Shown in pieces: positions 1-13,678 of a DNA stretch of 64,000 nucleotides. Made by a program: the position numbers and the translations under genes. Source of the stretch: Felis catus (Eukaryota). The notes beneath the pieces are model-generated. The model made no database searches, was not told the DNA's origin, and saw only the letters and a program-made list of their open reading frames with translations. The DNA lies in the NCBI RefSeq assembly GCF_018350175.1, contig NC_058368.1, positions 221,404,001 through 221,468,000 on the forward strand. The letters are read 5' to 3'. The stretch's first letter is position 1; each line of letters opens with the position of its first letter.

Positions 1-1358
1 TTTTGTTGGCATATAATTTTTCATAATATTCTCTTATAATCTTTTGTATTTCTGTGGTGTTGGTTTTTATTTCTCCTCCTTCATTTCTGATCCTAGTTTT
101 TTAAGTCCTCTCTCTCTCGGTTTTTTTTTTTCTTTTTGTAATGATTTTGATTAAAAGTTTGTCAGTTTTATTGATCTTTTCAAAGAAACAACTGCTGAAT
201 TCACTGGTCTGTTCTTTTTTTTTTTTTAATGTTTATTTATTTATTTGAGGGAGGGAGTGGGCGAGGAGCAAAGAGAGAAGGGAGAGAGAGAGTATCCCAA
301 GCAGGCTCTTTGCTGTCAGCACAGAGCTTAATATGGGGCTTGATCCCACAAACCAGGAGTTTATGACCTGAACTTAAATCTGGAGTGAGACACAAATGCC
401 TGAGTCACCCAGGCACTGCAGTTGCTTTTTTTGTTTTTTTTTTTGCTTTTTTTGTCTTTCTTTTTCTTTTTTCTTTTCTTTTTCTTTTTTTTTCTTTGTT
501 TTGCCTCTATTCCATTTATTTATCCTAATCTTTATTATTTATTTTCTTCTATTGACTTTGAGTTTTCTGTGTTCTCATTTTTCTAGTTCCCCTAGGTGTA
601 AGATTAGATTGTTTGAGATTTTTCTTGTTTCTTGAGGTGGGCCTGTACTGCTATAATCTTCCAACTTGGAACAGCTTTTGCGGAATCCCAAAGATTTTGG
701 ACCATTGTGTTTTCATTTTCATTTATCTCTCTCTATATTTTTATTTCCTCTTTAATTTCATGGTTGTCCAATTCATTGTTTAGAGCATGTTATTAGCCTC
801 CATGCATTTGTGTTTTTTCTAGATTATTTTTTGTGATTGATTTCTAGTTTCATAATGTGGTGGTTGAAGAAGATACATGGTATGATTTTAGTCTTTTTTA
901 ATTTATTGAAACTGGTTTTGTGGCCTAACATGTACTCTGTTCTGAATAATGTTCCATGCACACTTGAAAAGAATGTGTATTCCACTGCTTTTGAGTGGAA
1001 TGTTCTGAATATACTTGTTAGGTCCATGTGGTCCAATGTGTCATTCACAGCCACTATTTCTTTGCTGATTTTCTCTCCGGATGATCTATCCAGTGATGTA
1101 ACTGGAGTGTTAAAATCCCCTACTATTATTGTATTATGGTCAATCTCTTCCTTTACGTTTAATAATTGTTTTAAGTATTTAGGTACTCCCATGTTACGTG
1201 CACATTTGCAATTAATTATTATATCCTGTCGTTGGATTGCTCCTTTTATCATTATATGGTGTCCTTCTTTGTCTCTTGTTACAGTCTTTGTTTTAAAGCC
1301 TATTTTGTCCAATATAATTACTACTACCCCAGCTGTCTTTTCATTTCCATTTGACATG
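1..1358 (-). mobile_element. 5'-truncated, degenerate LINE-1 ORF2 fragment (APE endonuclease and following region), continuing off the left edge
   Basis: ORF 824..1432(-) gives GVVVIILDKIGFKTKTVTRDKEGHHIMIKG...IIVGDFNTP...LDHMDLTSIFRTFHSKAVEYTFFSSVHGT, typical of L1 endonuclease. The YAPN, SRID and SDH motifs are degenerate. L1-like antisense T-rich sequence continues to base 1, interrupted by a SINE. Confidence 0.95.
215..418 (-). mobile_element. CanSINE (older SINEC) inserted in L1
   Basis: Poly-T, (GA)n and a reverse tRNA-like head ending gagtcacccaggcac. Confidence 0.88.
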
Positions 1359-2165
1359 CTACAATATTTTATATTAAGGAAGATAATGTATTGACTGTAA
1401 GAAGCCATATTGGGATAGATATTCTTCTGCAAATGTTGTACAAGGAACTAGAATCAACTTAATTGACATGAATCCTAAATTTTTGGTTAAAGTAAAAAGG
1501 ACATGAAAAAATGAACAAAATGTTTTATTCTGTCCTGGTACTTTTTGTATCTGATGCCTATTAGCTTGTCATCCTAATAATAGATTGTTTCACTACATAA
1601 TACAGGAGATTCAATTGACCTTGAAATTATACCTACATTGACAGTTCTCTGTATATAGGCATATATAGAGAGAGATCCATGCTCTCTGTTTCAAAATGGG
1701 CAAGATAATCATAAAAGTGCAATTAAATGAAAATATATACAATAGGGCTCTTCCTGTGATTTTGTGGTCCATGGATTTTGGGCTCCATGCAAAATATATG
1801 TTCCTCCTGGCACATTTGGATTTGTTATGGTTATATTCACTTTTTAAATTAGCAAAAGTCTTCTTTTACACCTATTGGACAGAAAGTTTTTGATTACCTG
1901 CCTTACATTAGTGCCAGCAAGGAAAATCTTCCTAATGCCTTTTCTTTCCTTCCTGTAGTCTTCCCCTTTTTCCAAGTATTTCTTTTAGTAAGGTCTACCA
2001 TAGATTCACCTGCTTTAAATTATCATCTCCCTTTCTGGGCTCAAAAATGCTCTCATGGATTTTGTTTACACTGAGAATTATTGGAATGGCATATAAGACA
2101 CACGAGATTGTTAATTATTTCAATTCTCAAAATTTTCCAAGCCCTAAAAAAAGGATGGATTGTTT

Positions 2166-2384
2166 TGTTTTGTTTTTTTACCGTTTTTATTTATTTTTGA
2201 GACAGAGAGAGACAGAGCATGAACGGGGGAGGGGCAGAGAGAGAGGGAGACACAGAATCCGAAGCAGGCTCCAGGCTCTGAGCTGTCAGCACAGAGCCCG
2301 ATGCGGGGCTTGAACTCACGGACCGCGGGATGGTGACCTGAGCCGAAGTCGGATGCTCAACCGACTGAGCCACCCAGGCGCCCC
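2166..2384 (-). mobile_element. Felid CanSINE (SINEC_Fc-like)
   Basis: Full length; perfect 15-bp TSD aaggatggattgttt at 2151-2165 and 2385-2399. Confidence 0.96.
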
Positions 2385-3126
2385 AAGGATGGATTGTTTG
2401 ACAATTTGTCCAGCTGTTTTTTTTTTTCCCAAAAAAACGTAATGTGTTACACAGGCCTCACCAGGAAAGACATACAGGTGACAAATGACAATGTTTGCCA
2501 ACTGTTAAATACATGTAAACTCTTGGAGAATTCTTCCCAGTTGCAGCAGGTATATAGCTGTGTTGCTTAGGAGCAGAATCTATTTTAAACGTTGCCTGGA
2601 GAGGTTGATCTGCTCTTGAAGCTCCTTCAGAGTTGGCATTCAGAGCAGGGTCAATCAAGAAGGATGCTGGCTCCATGCCTGAATCTTCTGTTATGTTTAG
2701 TTCAATTAGATTCAAATATACAAAACATGCCAGTGAGAAGAGAAGGTCAATCACTTGGAAATTATATTAACCATATCTTGGAGGTAATTTTTGCTGTGTC
2801 TAGTCTATCTTCACTATGAATACAAAAATTAAGGAGAACAATATCATAAACTGTTTGACATTATATGAAAAAATATATTAGAATCAAGTCGAATATTTAT
2901 ATATTATAATAAAGTATCCATGGTGTTTTATATAGTGTCCTGCTCAGCATGTTGCCTTCATCATCTTCCGTTTCACAGAGTGAATTCTCTTTCTAAACTA
3001 CATGTATACCTTGCCAATATCATGTTTTGTAAAGGGTTTTACCCTTAAATGTTCACAAGACAAACTGAGGTGTAAATTGGAAACATTTGGGGGAGATCAC
3101 TTGGAAAGTCAAATCACCAGCATTAA

Positions 3127-3386
3127 AACTTTTTTTTTACTGTTTTCTTATTTTTGAGACAGAGGGAGAGGGAGAGGGAGAAGGGAGAGAGGGGGAGGGA
3201 GAGGAAGAGCGCACATAGAGCATGAGCAGGGGAGGGGCAGAGAGAGAGGAAGACACAGATCCAAAGCAGGCTCCAGGCTCTGAGCTGTCAGCATAGAGCC
3301 CAATGCAGGGCTCTAACTCATAAACTGCGAGATCACGACCTGAGCCCAAATCGGACGCTTAACCGACTAAGCCCTCCAGGCGCCCC
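3127..3386 (-). mobile_element. Felid CanSINE
   Basis: Full length with expanded GA tract; 18-bp TSD tcaaatcaccagcattaa at 3109-3126 and 3387-3404. Confidence 0.95.
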
Positions 3387-3573
3387 TCAAATCACCAGCA
3401 TTAATTTATTTCTTCAGACTCAATATGCACTACTATTTTTTTCTTTTGTTATTTCTTTACTTTGTAGTATACCTATCCATTCTTTATACCTGCTATGATT
3501 TAGTCCAATGTAGGAGTCTAAAATGAAAGAAATATTACCAAAATTAGTGTTGTACAAGAAGAGGTGATTTCGA

Positions 3574-3781
3574 GGGACGCCTGGGTGGCTCAGTCGGTTG
3601 AGTGTCCGGCTTCGACTCAGGTCACGATCTCGCGGTCCGTCAGTTCGAGCCCTGCATGGGGCTCTGGGCTGATGGCTCAGAGCCTGGAGCCTGCTTCGGA
3701 TTCTGTATCTCCCCCTCTCTCTGCCCCTCCCCCGTTCATGCTCTGTCTCTGTCTCAAAAATAAATAAACATTAAAAAAAAA
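3574..3781 (+). mobile_element. Felid CanSINE
   Basis: gggacgcctgggtggctcagtcgg head, CT tract, AATAAA plus A tail; imperfect TSD aagaagaggtg(a/t)ttt. Confidence 0.95.
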
Positions 3782-4203
3782 AAGAAGAGGTGTTTTGGAG
3801 GAAGATTATGTAAAATGATTTCTTTTTAAAGTGAAAATGTTGATCTGTTTCTGTTTACTGTATACACTAATCATAGCATATCATATTATAATGATGTACT
3901 TTGACTTAGTGTATATGCATACATTATTTTCTCCTATGATTTGTAAGTAAAGTTTTAGGTTTTAACAGACAGATTAAGGCAAATCATATAGCATATATGC
4001 AAGATGAGATGTAAAATGCAAATTTGTAAATAATAATAATAATACATAATTTCTGGAGTATGGTCAGACATTATTCATATGTTTATAAGTCATTTTGAAT
4101 GTATCCTCATCTCTACACCACGAACCTCCTGTATAAGTCTTTTAATAGTTTTTGGTCGGGATTTCAGGCTTTGTTGATTTGTATGAACACTTATATAAAG
4201 TCA

Positions 4204-4242
<39 letters not shown>
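4204..4242. repeat. (AAT)n microsatellite
   Basis: About 13 consecutive AAT units. Confidence 0.95.
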
Positions 4243-4243
<1 letters not shown>

Positions 4244-4630
4244 CTTTCTCTTTCAAATGGGATGGAAATATTTCAAGTTTTTATTTATAGTTTTAATTTA
4301 TTATTTTAATTTTCATATTGATGCATTTGTCTGTGTTTTATGGCATCTAAGTTTTCTTTCTTAGAAAAGCATAGGTATAAAATAGAGATAGAGATACCCC
4401 CACACACATATACACACATTCATAGATATAAAGATGGTAGAGTCAAGGTAGCATAGGTATAGCTCCCTCCATATGTGTAATGTTTACTTCTATTGTTTTA
4501 CTTTATTTTTCTACATGCTACATATTATTTGAGAATTAATTAAATATCCTAAAGTGATACTTAATGGTATTCTTACAGGTAAATTAGTTTGAAAATACAC
4601 AAATTAATTTTTTAAAGGAGACAATTGGGA

Positions 4631-4842
4631 GGGGCACCTGGGTGGCTCAGTCGGTTGAGCGACCGACTTCGGCTCAGGTCATAAATCTCACAGCTCATGA
4701 GTTTGAGCCCTGAGTTGGGCTCTGTGCTGATAGCTTAGAGCCTGGAGCGTGCTTCGAATTCTGTGTCTCCCTCTCTCTCTGCCGCTAGCCCACTCGCATT
4801 CTTTGTCTCTCTCAAAAATAAATAAACATTAAAAAAATGTTT
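4631..4842 (+). mobile_element. Felid CanSINE
   Basis: Full length; TSD tttttaaaggagaca(a/g)ttggg. Confidence 0.95.
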
Positions 4843-5829
4843 TTAAAGGAGACAGTTGGGTAACTGTCATAATGTTTATGATGTTCATTATTTAGTTTTC
4901 CATATCAGCTTATAAAAATGTGGACACTTTGTATGCTCTCTTTTGTATCAACCAACCCATAGTGATCATATAAATTTAATAATAATGGCACTGTTGGGGC
5001 TGCAGACTAACAGTTATTTTAGTTGATGAAATTTTGATACTTGGGTACATGTCAAAGTGGGCTAACCATGATTACAGGATAGAAGAGTGTCAACCAATTT
5101 ACTTTCAACTAAACTTCTGTAAAATAGGAATCACATTTCTGTGTGTTGTCTTGAAATTTATAGGCCTTATCTAGTTTTTCTTGTCCCAGTTTATATCATT
5201 CACTATCAAAAATATAACCAGGACACTAATAAAATGTTGCTGTTCATGTTGTTCAAAAAATACTGTACCTTAGGAGAGTCTCTCTATAAAATACCATTCT
5301 GACTCTGAAGAAATGACATTTGGTCTTTGATCACTCGCATTAATATTGTTTTATTTTTATATCAAACAGTAAAACGGCAGTAACATTGAATTACTGAGGA
5401 CATTTTTATTAGCCAACTGTGGACTTGAGATGATGCTTCTAGTTTACCAGACATGGTGGCAACCTAACAAGTTAGAGTGGTTGAAACATTCAGGGGCTTG
5501 TACAGGAGCAAAATTGCCTTTTAGCCACACCCATGGGGCCCCTAAATATCAGGTAAGGTAGTCACACACAGGAGGAACTGGAGATTCCTTACAGTAGAAC
5601 CTCGGTAAATATATATTGAACTGAAAGCATAATTACTAGAATGCCAAGAAAGAGGCACAAAGCATGGGAAGGATAGGGAGGGTGTGCAAAGTGTGGGAGA
5701 GAGAGAGAAGCTTATTTCCCAGCTATGAAGATAAAGTATTTCTTTTTTTTTTTTTTAACAAGGTATTAGAATCATCTGGAAATTAATATATCCATTTCCA
5801 GCACAATATTCCAATACAAGAATAATTTC

Positions 5830-6008
5830 TTTTTTTTAGTGTTTATTTTTGAGGGAGGAGGGGGGCTGCAGAGAAAGAAGGAGTGGCACAGGCTCCAGGC
5901 TCTGAGCTGTCAGCCCAGAGGTCAATGTGGGGCTGGACCCTACGAACCGGTGAGATCATGACCTGAACCAAAGTCGGACACCCAACCGACCGAGCCACCC
6001 AGGCGCCC
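5830..6008 (-). mobile_element. CanSINE with internal deletion
   Basis: Reverse head gagccacccaggcgccc, caggctccaggctctgagctgtcagc core and poly-T. Confidence 0.9.
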
Positions 6009-7618
6009 TAAAAGTAATTTCCTTGAAGAAATGACTAAGAATAACCAGCCATTAAAATTTTTTAATGTCATCTTACTAACCATTATTTTGGTGTCATTGA
6101 TGTGCCTCCAAAGGTCACTGCTAGATACCGTGGTTCTGTGTTCGTTTGGCAGTTACTGGTAAAAATAAGGACATTTATATTTAATGTACCAAATACTTTC
6201 TGTCATTTATAGTTCTTAAAATTTTTATTTTGCCACTATTTCCAGGAAGTGACTTACAGTTCTGTGGTTTTATAACTCAAAGTTGCTTCGAGGATTATAA
6301 TAGAAAATATTTCCAAATAGCTTTTAAAAAATACCATTACTACATACAACTCTCTGGAAAATAATTGCAATTCACAGAAGAGGTTTTCTATTGCATTGAA
6401 ATTTAAAAAAAAATGACATGTTTATTAAGATAAAATATCAGCTGAGCAAACAAATTGAAAATAGGAAACAAAATAGTGATTTTTTTCTTTTAGTTATTTA
6501 ATATAATCCTATGTATGAAATGCAATGAAGTATGCATTTTTCAGTGGTCCTTAAGAATGTAAATGACTAATCCTTACATATTGTTTAAAGGGCTATTACA
6601 AAAAAAAGGAATCTTTAAAATATATTCTGAAATAGATGTATTCTTGTTTTCCAAAAACTTTGCCTGTTTTTTTCATGTATAGTTATAAAGCCTCCCCCCA
6701 CCCCTTATTTCAGTCATTTTAGTGATTATTTTTTATTGGTATAGAGATGATGCATTCACAATGGTGGTTGATTTATCTACTGCAATTCAAGCAGGTCAAA
6801 CAAAAGTTTTGTTTTTATCTCCATATACAGTAAAGCTTCAAAATTTTGCAATTTTTCTATTCTGTTTATTTAGGAACTACTTTTAATATCCCGTAAAGTA
6901 TATAATTTACGATTAAAGAAACAACATACTTTGTTTTTATACCTCTACAGGGAGAAAGGGATAAATATCCCTCATGGTGCAATTGTTTTCAATAAAAGGG
7001 TTACCTTGTGAAATATGGTTTTCATATGCATCTCTTGGTACCTACTAAATAAAGAGTTATTTTACCACTAGTATTTTTCTTATGTGCTACTTTAATGATA
7101 CTATATATCTTTTTCATTTAATTTTATTAATAGATTTAAACATAAAATCCCCTAATGAACAGTTTGTTGAATACCCATTAAATTAAAAAAGAAAGAAATA
7201 ACCATTAAAATAATTAAGAAAACCATAGTTATTCTTCATAAATTCTCTACATTCTGTGTTTAACATTCCACCCCACAGGGACAAATTAAAGGCAATGTAT
7301 GTTATTCTATTCAAAACTCTCAGTCTAATTTATAAGGTATAATCACTATTGTAAAGTGGAGATTTTCCTCTTTAGTGTTAATTTTCAGATAATTCTGTTA
7401 CAAACTGATAGGACACAAATAACATTAAAATGGAAGAGGTTCTGTAGATTGAAATGTCATGGTTGTGATGAAATGGGTTCAGTGTGTATGTGTGTGTGTA
7501 TCTGTATGTATGAATATTTATGTGAATATATGTATATATGTGAATATATATGTATATAAACATAGTTTCCCAGTATCATCAAGATTATCTTTTTTTAAAG
7601 ATTATTATCTGAAAGATA

Positions 7619-8107
7619 TAGGTTTCCCTGCTATCTGAAATGGATCATTCCTATAAAAGCTTTCATAAACTGACATAACATGAAGCATTACCCAATCATT
7701 TGTAAGGAAACATTTTTAGCGTCCCCAGACCCCCAAAATAGCCTATCTTGGCTGTTCTGATACTTTTGAAACTTCTTGTACTAATGGATGCACAAAATAC
7801 GTAGAGATAAAGCACAGATGCTTAGAGATGAGGTTCCAAGCTCTGGGAATAAGATACTAACTAAGATGGCTGAATGTGGTTCCCAGGCAAGGAGCTGGGC
7901 AGGGCCTTTCCCGCTGCTCCGGGAGTATGAGGACTCTAAGAGCTCACTGCACAATAAATGCTGAAAACTATTTTCAGTCTTCTCTCTTTTTCATGAAAGC
8001 AAAAATCCCCTTCAGATTTCTTTCAGTTATCAAAAACAGGTACTGATTGAGGACATTCTAAAAGCAAAGTGGCCTAATGCGAACGTTCAAAAAATAGGGG
8101 ATACCTA
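7619..8107. mobile_element. TcMar-Tigger-family non-autonomous DNA transposon relic
   Basis: Imperfect terminal inverted repeats aggtttccctgctatctgaa ... ttcaaaaaataggggatacct, with TA on the left. The interior resembles Tigger MITE consensus by recall. Confidence 0.7.
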
Positions 8108-10579
8108 CAGAGTCTTGTTTTCTCCCAATGTTCTGTATAAAATTCATGTCACAAAATATGGCATTGTTATGTGAAGACAGTAAAAGAACACGCTAATGTG
8201 ACCATTTCAGTGTGATTTACTATTATTACACCATTTTATTTATTCATAAATCTACTAAAGATGGTAATTTAGCATTCCACCCATTTCTTACAGCCGGGTT
8301 GAAGAAGTAAAAGAGATATGCAAATGCTTTGTGCAGTCTTCTCCCATGAATCTTCTTGGCTATTAAAGAATTATGAACTCTCATTTTTGTGACAATAGTT
8401 TGTAATAGTTTGTAAACAAAACAAACTACTTTGGCATGAATCTATTTCCTAGTGAATGGAAAGAGTAAGAATATGAACAAGACAATCTGTCTAATTCTAA
8501 TGTAATATTAAGAATATGGAAAAAACAAAGATAGCATCATATCATAATGAAAAGTTAGCCCAAATAAGCTTCCTTTACTATTCGCTCAGCAATTTGCCCT
8601 TTGTCCTTGAAAAGGACAGGCTGTTAGTCTAAAATAAATGAAATTTGTTTCTTTTCCATTTTTTCCATGTGTGCATTTGTGTGTGTGTGTGCGCGTGTGT
8701 GTGTGTGTCTGTGTCTGTGGATTTTCTACATACTCTTATTAACAAATTGAGGTTCTTATCCAAAACAGCCAAATAGTTGCAAGCACTGTATTTCATAGTT
8801 GAGTTTCCAAACTATTGCCTCAAATTGATTTTCTAAATCAGTATATCTTTAGCATCATAGCCACACCTTCATTCATTTATCAATAGACATTACTGTCATT
8901 CACTGATTTTTCATTACCCTTTGAAATGTCACTTGGGAACATTACCAATTAGGAAGAAATGACCTTATTATTTAAAAATAGCATGGATATGAAATAGTGT
9001 CAATTGTATATGTGTGGAGGTATCAGAAGAGGTCAGCCCACCTGGCATTAAGACTTTAACAATCTTGACTGTGCTGACAGATTAAATACGGAGAATATCT
9101 GGAGTACAGAATGACTGCTGATGAAGAAGGGAAAACCAGTATAAGGGCACACATTTCATATGTGGGCTTAAAATGTAAGCTAAATCAAGCAAAACTTCCT
9201 AAAAGATCAAAAGTGATGATGTAGAATTATTTTGGGCGAAATACCTGAATGTTTCCAAATTAATAGGGGGTTTGATGAAATTGCAAACACCATTACAAAA
9301 CATATTTTACCAAATAACTGGATAATTACCACTCCATCTGAGGCGTTCATGTAATTTCTACGATTTGAATTTACTTTTGTGCCCTTTTAGTGTGCAAACC
9401 AAGCCCAATTCCTATTTTAGACATAATAGCTAGTATTTTTTGTTTTTGCAAAAGCAGAGAAAATAGATTTAAATTGCATGTGTACTTGATCCTAGAAGTG
9501 ACAGCGAGTTGCTTAAATAGAAGAATGGATTTAAGTTTGCTTTTTCACTCCAAAACACCAGAATGGAGCACACCATGATAAGTACAATCCCAGGGAAAGT
9601 TAAGTGGTATTACTGAAAAGAAGGAAGTCCCTCACAATGACCGTGAACACGCCAAGGGAATGGACTTGCAAATTTGCTAGAAGGGTTGAGATACTGCTGC
9701 TATAAATTTGATGACGTAAAAATGTCTAAAATACTGTGATTTCATCAAAAATCTTCTCAATTGAAGAATTCTTGTGCCTGTAATTATGAATGAACAACTT
9801 AAATATCCCCTTCCGTAAAAGTGATTTTATTAATGTAACTATTAAAACAGGTTTATATGTAGGGAAACAAAAGCTGTTTCTTCGAGGAATTTATTGTATC
9901 TGTAATTATGTTATGTTTATGACAGCACCTGTAATTTTCATTAGAAGAAATAATTGGAAGAACGAATAAGGTGTTTTTTGTTTTTTTGTGCTTTTTTTTT
10001 ATTAAGGATATGATGAATTTGGCATGTAGAGGTGGTGACCAGTATTCATCTCTCATATCTGATTAAGGGATTTGTGCTTTTCCAGGGCACATTCAGGCTA
10101 ATTAAAATCATGCTTGTGTTTTCATTAATGGGAGCAGAACAGTAATTCCTCAAGCTTATGATAAAAATGTACACCACGTGATATAAAATTGAGTTCCTCT
10201 TTTGATTGTCAGAGGCCAGGAGAGTAAATCATTCAGTCATTCTTTATGAAAAATGGGTAATGTATTTACTTGTTTTTTATCTATTTATTTTATTTTACTT
10301 TTTTACCAGAACATAAAGGGAAAAAAAGGTTTATACACACGGAAATGATCTCATTTTTCCTTTGGGAAAAGACTTTACCCACTAATAAATGTTAAAATAT
10401 TAACATTGAAATTCTGCAAAGCTCAATTTTCCTATTACTTAATAGGAAAAAAGAAATGCCTGTACCCCATTTTGGTCTAAAATGTGGCCAGTGTCCTTTT
10501 CAGATCCGCTTATGTTTCATCTATTTTTTTAATAAAAATATTGCTACTTGTTATTAAAGCTATATTAATAATACTAGTA

Positions 10580-10740
10580 AATAACAGCTACGATTTATTA
10601 AGAACTAAGCATTAATGAAACTTTCCAGAATGTCTTACTGAAATTAGGTAAAGATCTTAAATGTAGGTATTGCTATCCTTATTTTGCAAATTTAAAAACT
10701 AGGGTTTTGAAAACTTAGCTCGCTTCTCCCAGCTTTGGAG
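10580..10740. mobile_element. MIR relic
   Basis: aataacagctacgatttattaag ... gtaggtattgctatccttattttgcaaat...aaaactaggg resembles the MIR core. Confidence 0.55.
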
Positions 10741-11212
10741 TTCTTATTTCATACGCAGACTAACGGGGCCATTATGGCCATGTAAGTGTTGCTGTTGGGG
10801 AGTCAATGCAGGCAACCAGGGGACTGGAGAATCAGAACCTTTCTACAGGTGTTGTTTTGATATTTTTGAAGTTTCTCTTTGTTGTGAGCAAATGAAAGGG
10901 AATACATTATAAATAACTGTATAAAATGTCTGTTGCACTAAAGGGTACTGTTTTCTCACATAAAGGAATTTCTCAGAGGATCGAAATTATACTAGTTGGA
11001 GGTTTCAAGTGTAGCTGCTCTTCAAAATCCTCGCCGTTGTGTCCTTTGTAAATCAATCAACTTAAATTCTGGGAAAATCTCCCCAAAAAGTGAAACAAAA
11101 ATTCCTTTGTTAAATTATTTCTGAAATGCCCCAAATTAAGTCATTATTAATATGTTTCTAATTTGTAAAGAAAAGGTATGAGACCTTATTCACTTATGTA
11201 AACTGAGTCATT

Positions 11213-11429
11213 TTATTCATTTATTTTTTTTTCTTTTGAGAGAGAACGAGGGAGAGCAAGAACACACATGCGATCAGGGGAGGGACAGAGAGAGAAGGGA
11301 AGAATTCTAAGCAGGCTCCGCACCATCAGCATGGACCGACATGCAGGGGTCCATCTCATGAACCATAGATCATGACCTGAGCTGAAATCAAGAGTCACAA
11401 GCTTAACCTACTGAGCCACCCAGACACCC
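11213..11429 (-). mobile_element. CanSINE (older subfamily)
   Basis: Reverse head gagccacccagacaccc; TSD tgagtcatt. Confidence 0.92.
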
Positions 11430-12026
11430 TGAGTCATTCGATTATTTAACCTCTGGATCTCTCAGTATCTAGATGATCTCCTCCACCCCACCCCCACCCC
11501 AGTCAAATTATATACTCTTTGCCTGATCCATTGAAGTAGAATAGTATCATATTGGGATTAGCACAAATTAGGGAAAGTGCAGACTTCTGGACAACTCCAC
11601 TCTAGACCCATCTAAGTCCTTTATAATTCACTGGAAGGCAATTGGGAGGTCTTTCTATATTACCCCAATTTGTTTAGTCCTCATTAATTCAGATAGGTTA
11701 AAATATACAACATGTCACATCCAAAAATTAAAATGGAATAAAATACACATGGCTATTGACATATTATTGATGAACATTATCTTAAAAATTGAAAGTACCC
11801 AGTCTTACTTTTTTCTACACGTTATATTGAATCAACAGATAGCAAAGAGTGGGGGAAAGGGCTAGTCTAAACTAAGTCATTAAAGGTCAGTTGTTAAGAT
11901 CCACTGTGGCATTCCTTTCATTCATGTAATTAACTGTTACATATGGTACTGAGGACAACAGGAAATAAAATGTGCTCTCTGTACTGAAGAGACTCAAATA
12001 TCTTGCAGTGGATGATGTTAGTGTTT

Positions 12027-12027
12027 T

Positions 12028-12074
<47 letters not shown>
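12027..12074. repeat. (TTTA)n microsatellite
   Basis: About 12 TTTA units. Confidence 0.95.
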
Positions 12075-12580
12075 TTTTTTGTATGCTATGTAACAAATCA
12101 CTACAAACTTTTGGCATAAATGAACACCTGTTTATTATCTCACATTTCTGTATACCAGAAGTCTGGGCAGGCTCACTTGTGCTCTTTAATCAGAGTATCA
12201 CAGGGTGGAAGTCAAGGTTTCACCCAGGCTGACCTCTTATCTGGAGGATCTAGAGAAGGGTCAGATTCCAAGCTCATTCAGGTTCTTGGCCGAATAAAGT
12301 CCCCCTTGTTGTAGGATTGAGCTCCTGTTCTCCCTGTCGACTGGGAGTCTCTCTCAGATAGAGACTACTCTCGGGTCCTTTCCACAGGAAAGCCCAAACC
12401 AGCCCCTCTCTTTTCACATCTTTGACTTCTGGTTCTATCCCTTATTGGAGAAAAAGCTGTTTTTAAATGGCACATTAAATTAGATTGCAGTTACCAAGAT
12501 AATCTCTTTATTTACTGTTATTTGTAACTTTAGTTACATCTGCAAACATTTCTTTTGCTATTGTAAAAGAATGAGGGTCA

Positions 12581-12797
12581 GGGGTGCCTAGTTGGCTCGG
12601 TTAGGCGCCTGACTTCGGCTCAGGACATGATCTCGCAGTTCATGGGTTTGAGCACCTCGTCAGGCTCTGCTGACAGCTCAGAGCCTGGAGCCTGCTTCGG
12701 ATTCTGTGTCTCCCTCTCTCTCTGCCCCTCCCCCACTCACGCTATCGCTCAAAAATAGGTAACCATTAAAAAAATTAAAAATAAATAAGTAAAATAG
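12581..12797 (+). mobile_element. Felid CanSINE inserted in the MLT LTR
   Basis: TSD aaga(a/g)tgagggtca on both sides. Confidence 0.94.
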
Positions 12798-13261
12798 AAG
12801 AGTGAGGGTCATTGGGATTATTACAGAATTCTATCTACCACCAGCACAGATGATAGTGGAATACAGAGAATACAGAAGTTAGCCTTTACAGAGTTATCTT
12901 TACACTTGCATGTGATGCTGCAGATGTCTCAGTAATGCAACCGTTTGAATGTAAAAATAAATGTTAAAAAAAAAGAAAGAAAAGAAAAAGGGAGATTGCA
13001 GGAAAGTGGCTAAGATGGGGACCAAATTTGTCTTCCCAACTGAACCTAATTAATAATCTGTCTGAATTTGTTATTCCATATTCTGTTTCATGTTATACTC
13101 TTGATCCCTAGATGTTTAGTTTTTTTGCTGCTACTATTTGTGTTGTTGTTGTTATTGTTAGCCGACCACTAGGTATTTGATGTTAACATTATAAAAGATT
13201 TACTTTCCCTTTGGGAATTGTGCAGAAAGTTTTTAAATCTTTAATCAAGTGAGCGTCTAGG

Positions 13262-13678
13262 TGTATCAGTCATGGTTGCACTGGAGAATAAGAACCAGTG
13301 GGTATAAATATTATGAATTTTATTGCCAGGAATTGGCTTCTGAAAATGTAGGAGCTGGCTAGACAAGTTCAATAGTTGTAGGGCAGGCCTCGGGGGCAGG
13401 CTGCATGTCTAGGATACAGGCAAAGCTGCTCTCCACAGGAAGAAATTACTTTTTTTTTTTTTTTCAGGGAAGTTTCAGTTATGCTCTTTAAGACTTTCCA
13501 GTGATTGAATAAACCCACCCAAATTATCAAGGATAATCTCCCTTACTTAAGGTCAATTTTTTACGAACTTTAATCACGTCTCCAAAATACCTTCCCAGCA
13601 CACCTAGATTAGTGTTTGATTTGAGAAGAGCTGGTGACTGTCACCTAGCCAAGGTGACATAGAAAAAAACATCATCAC
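13262..13678. mobile_element. ERVL LTR (MLT2-like)
   Basis: tgtatcagtc...ggaattggctt...ggagctggc...acaagt...gattgaataaacccaccca...ggataatctcccttacttaaggtcaa...aaaataccttc...cacctagattagtgtttga...cctagccaaggtgaca is characteristic of MLT2. Confidence 0.8.

Larger units (their letters stand above)
12016..12843. mobile_element. MaLR LTR (MLT1-like), interrupted by (TTTA)n and a CanSINE
   Basis: gctatgtaacaaatcactacaaac...tttattatctcacatttctgt...gaagtctggg...attcaggttcttggccgaat...ttacatctgcaaa...gaattctatctacca matches the MLT1 pattern by recall. Confidence 0.75.

Noticed and set aside
837..1394. 185-aa hydrophobic + strand ORF
   Set aside because: Antisense shadow of L1 ORF2
824..1432. 202-aa ORF as a functional or domesticated endonuclease gene
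   Set aside because: It is a truncated L1 ORF2 fragment. The N-terminal catalytic region is missing, the YAPN/SRID/SDH motifs are mutated, and the first ~25 codons come from flanking DNA.
10427..10450. Hairpin ttttcctatta-ct-taataggaaaa
   Set aside because: A short AT-rich inverted repeat expected by chance; no MITE or terminator context in mammalian DNA
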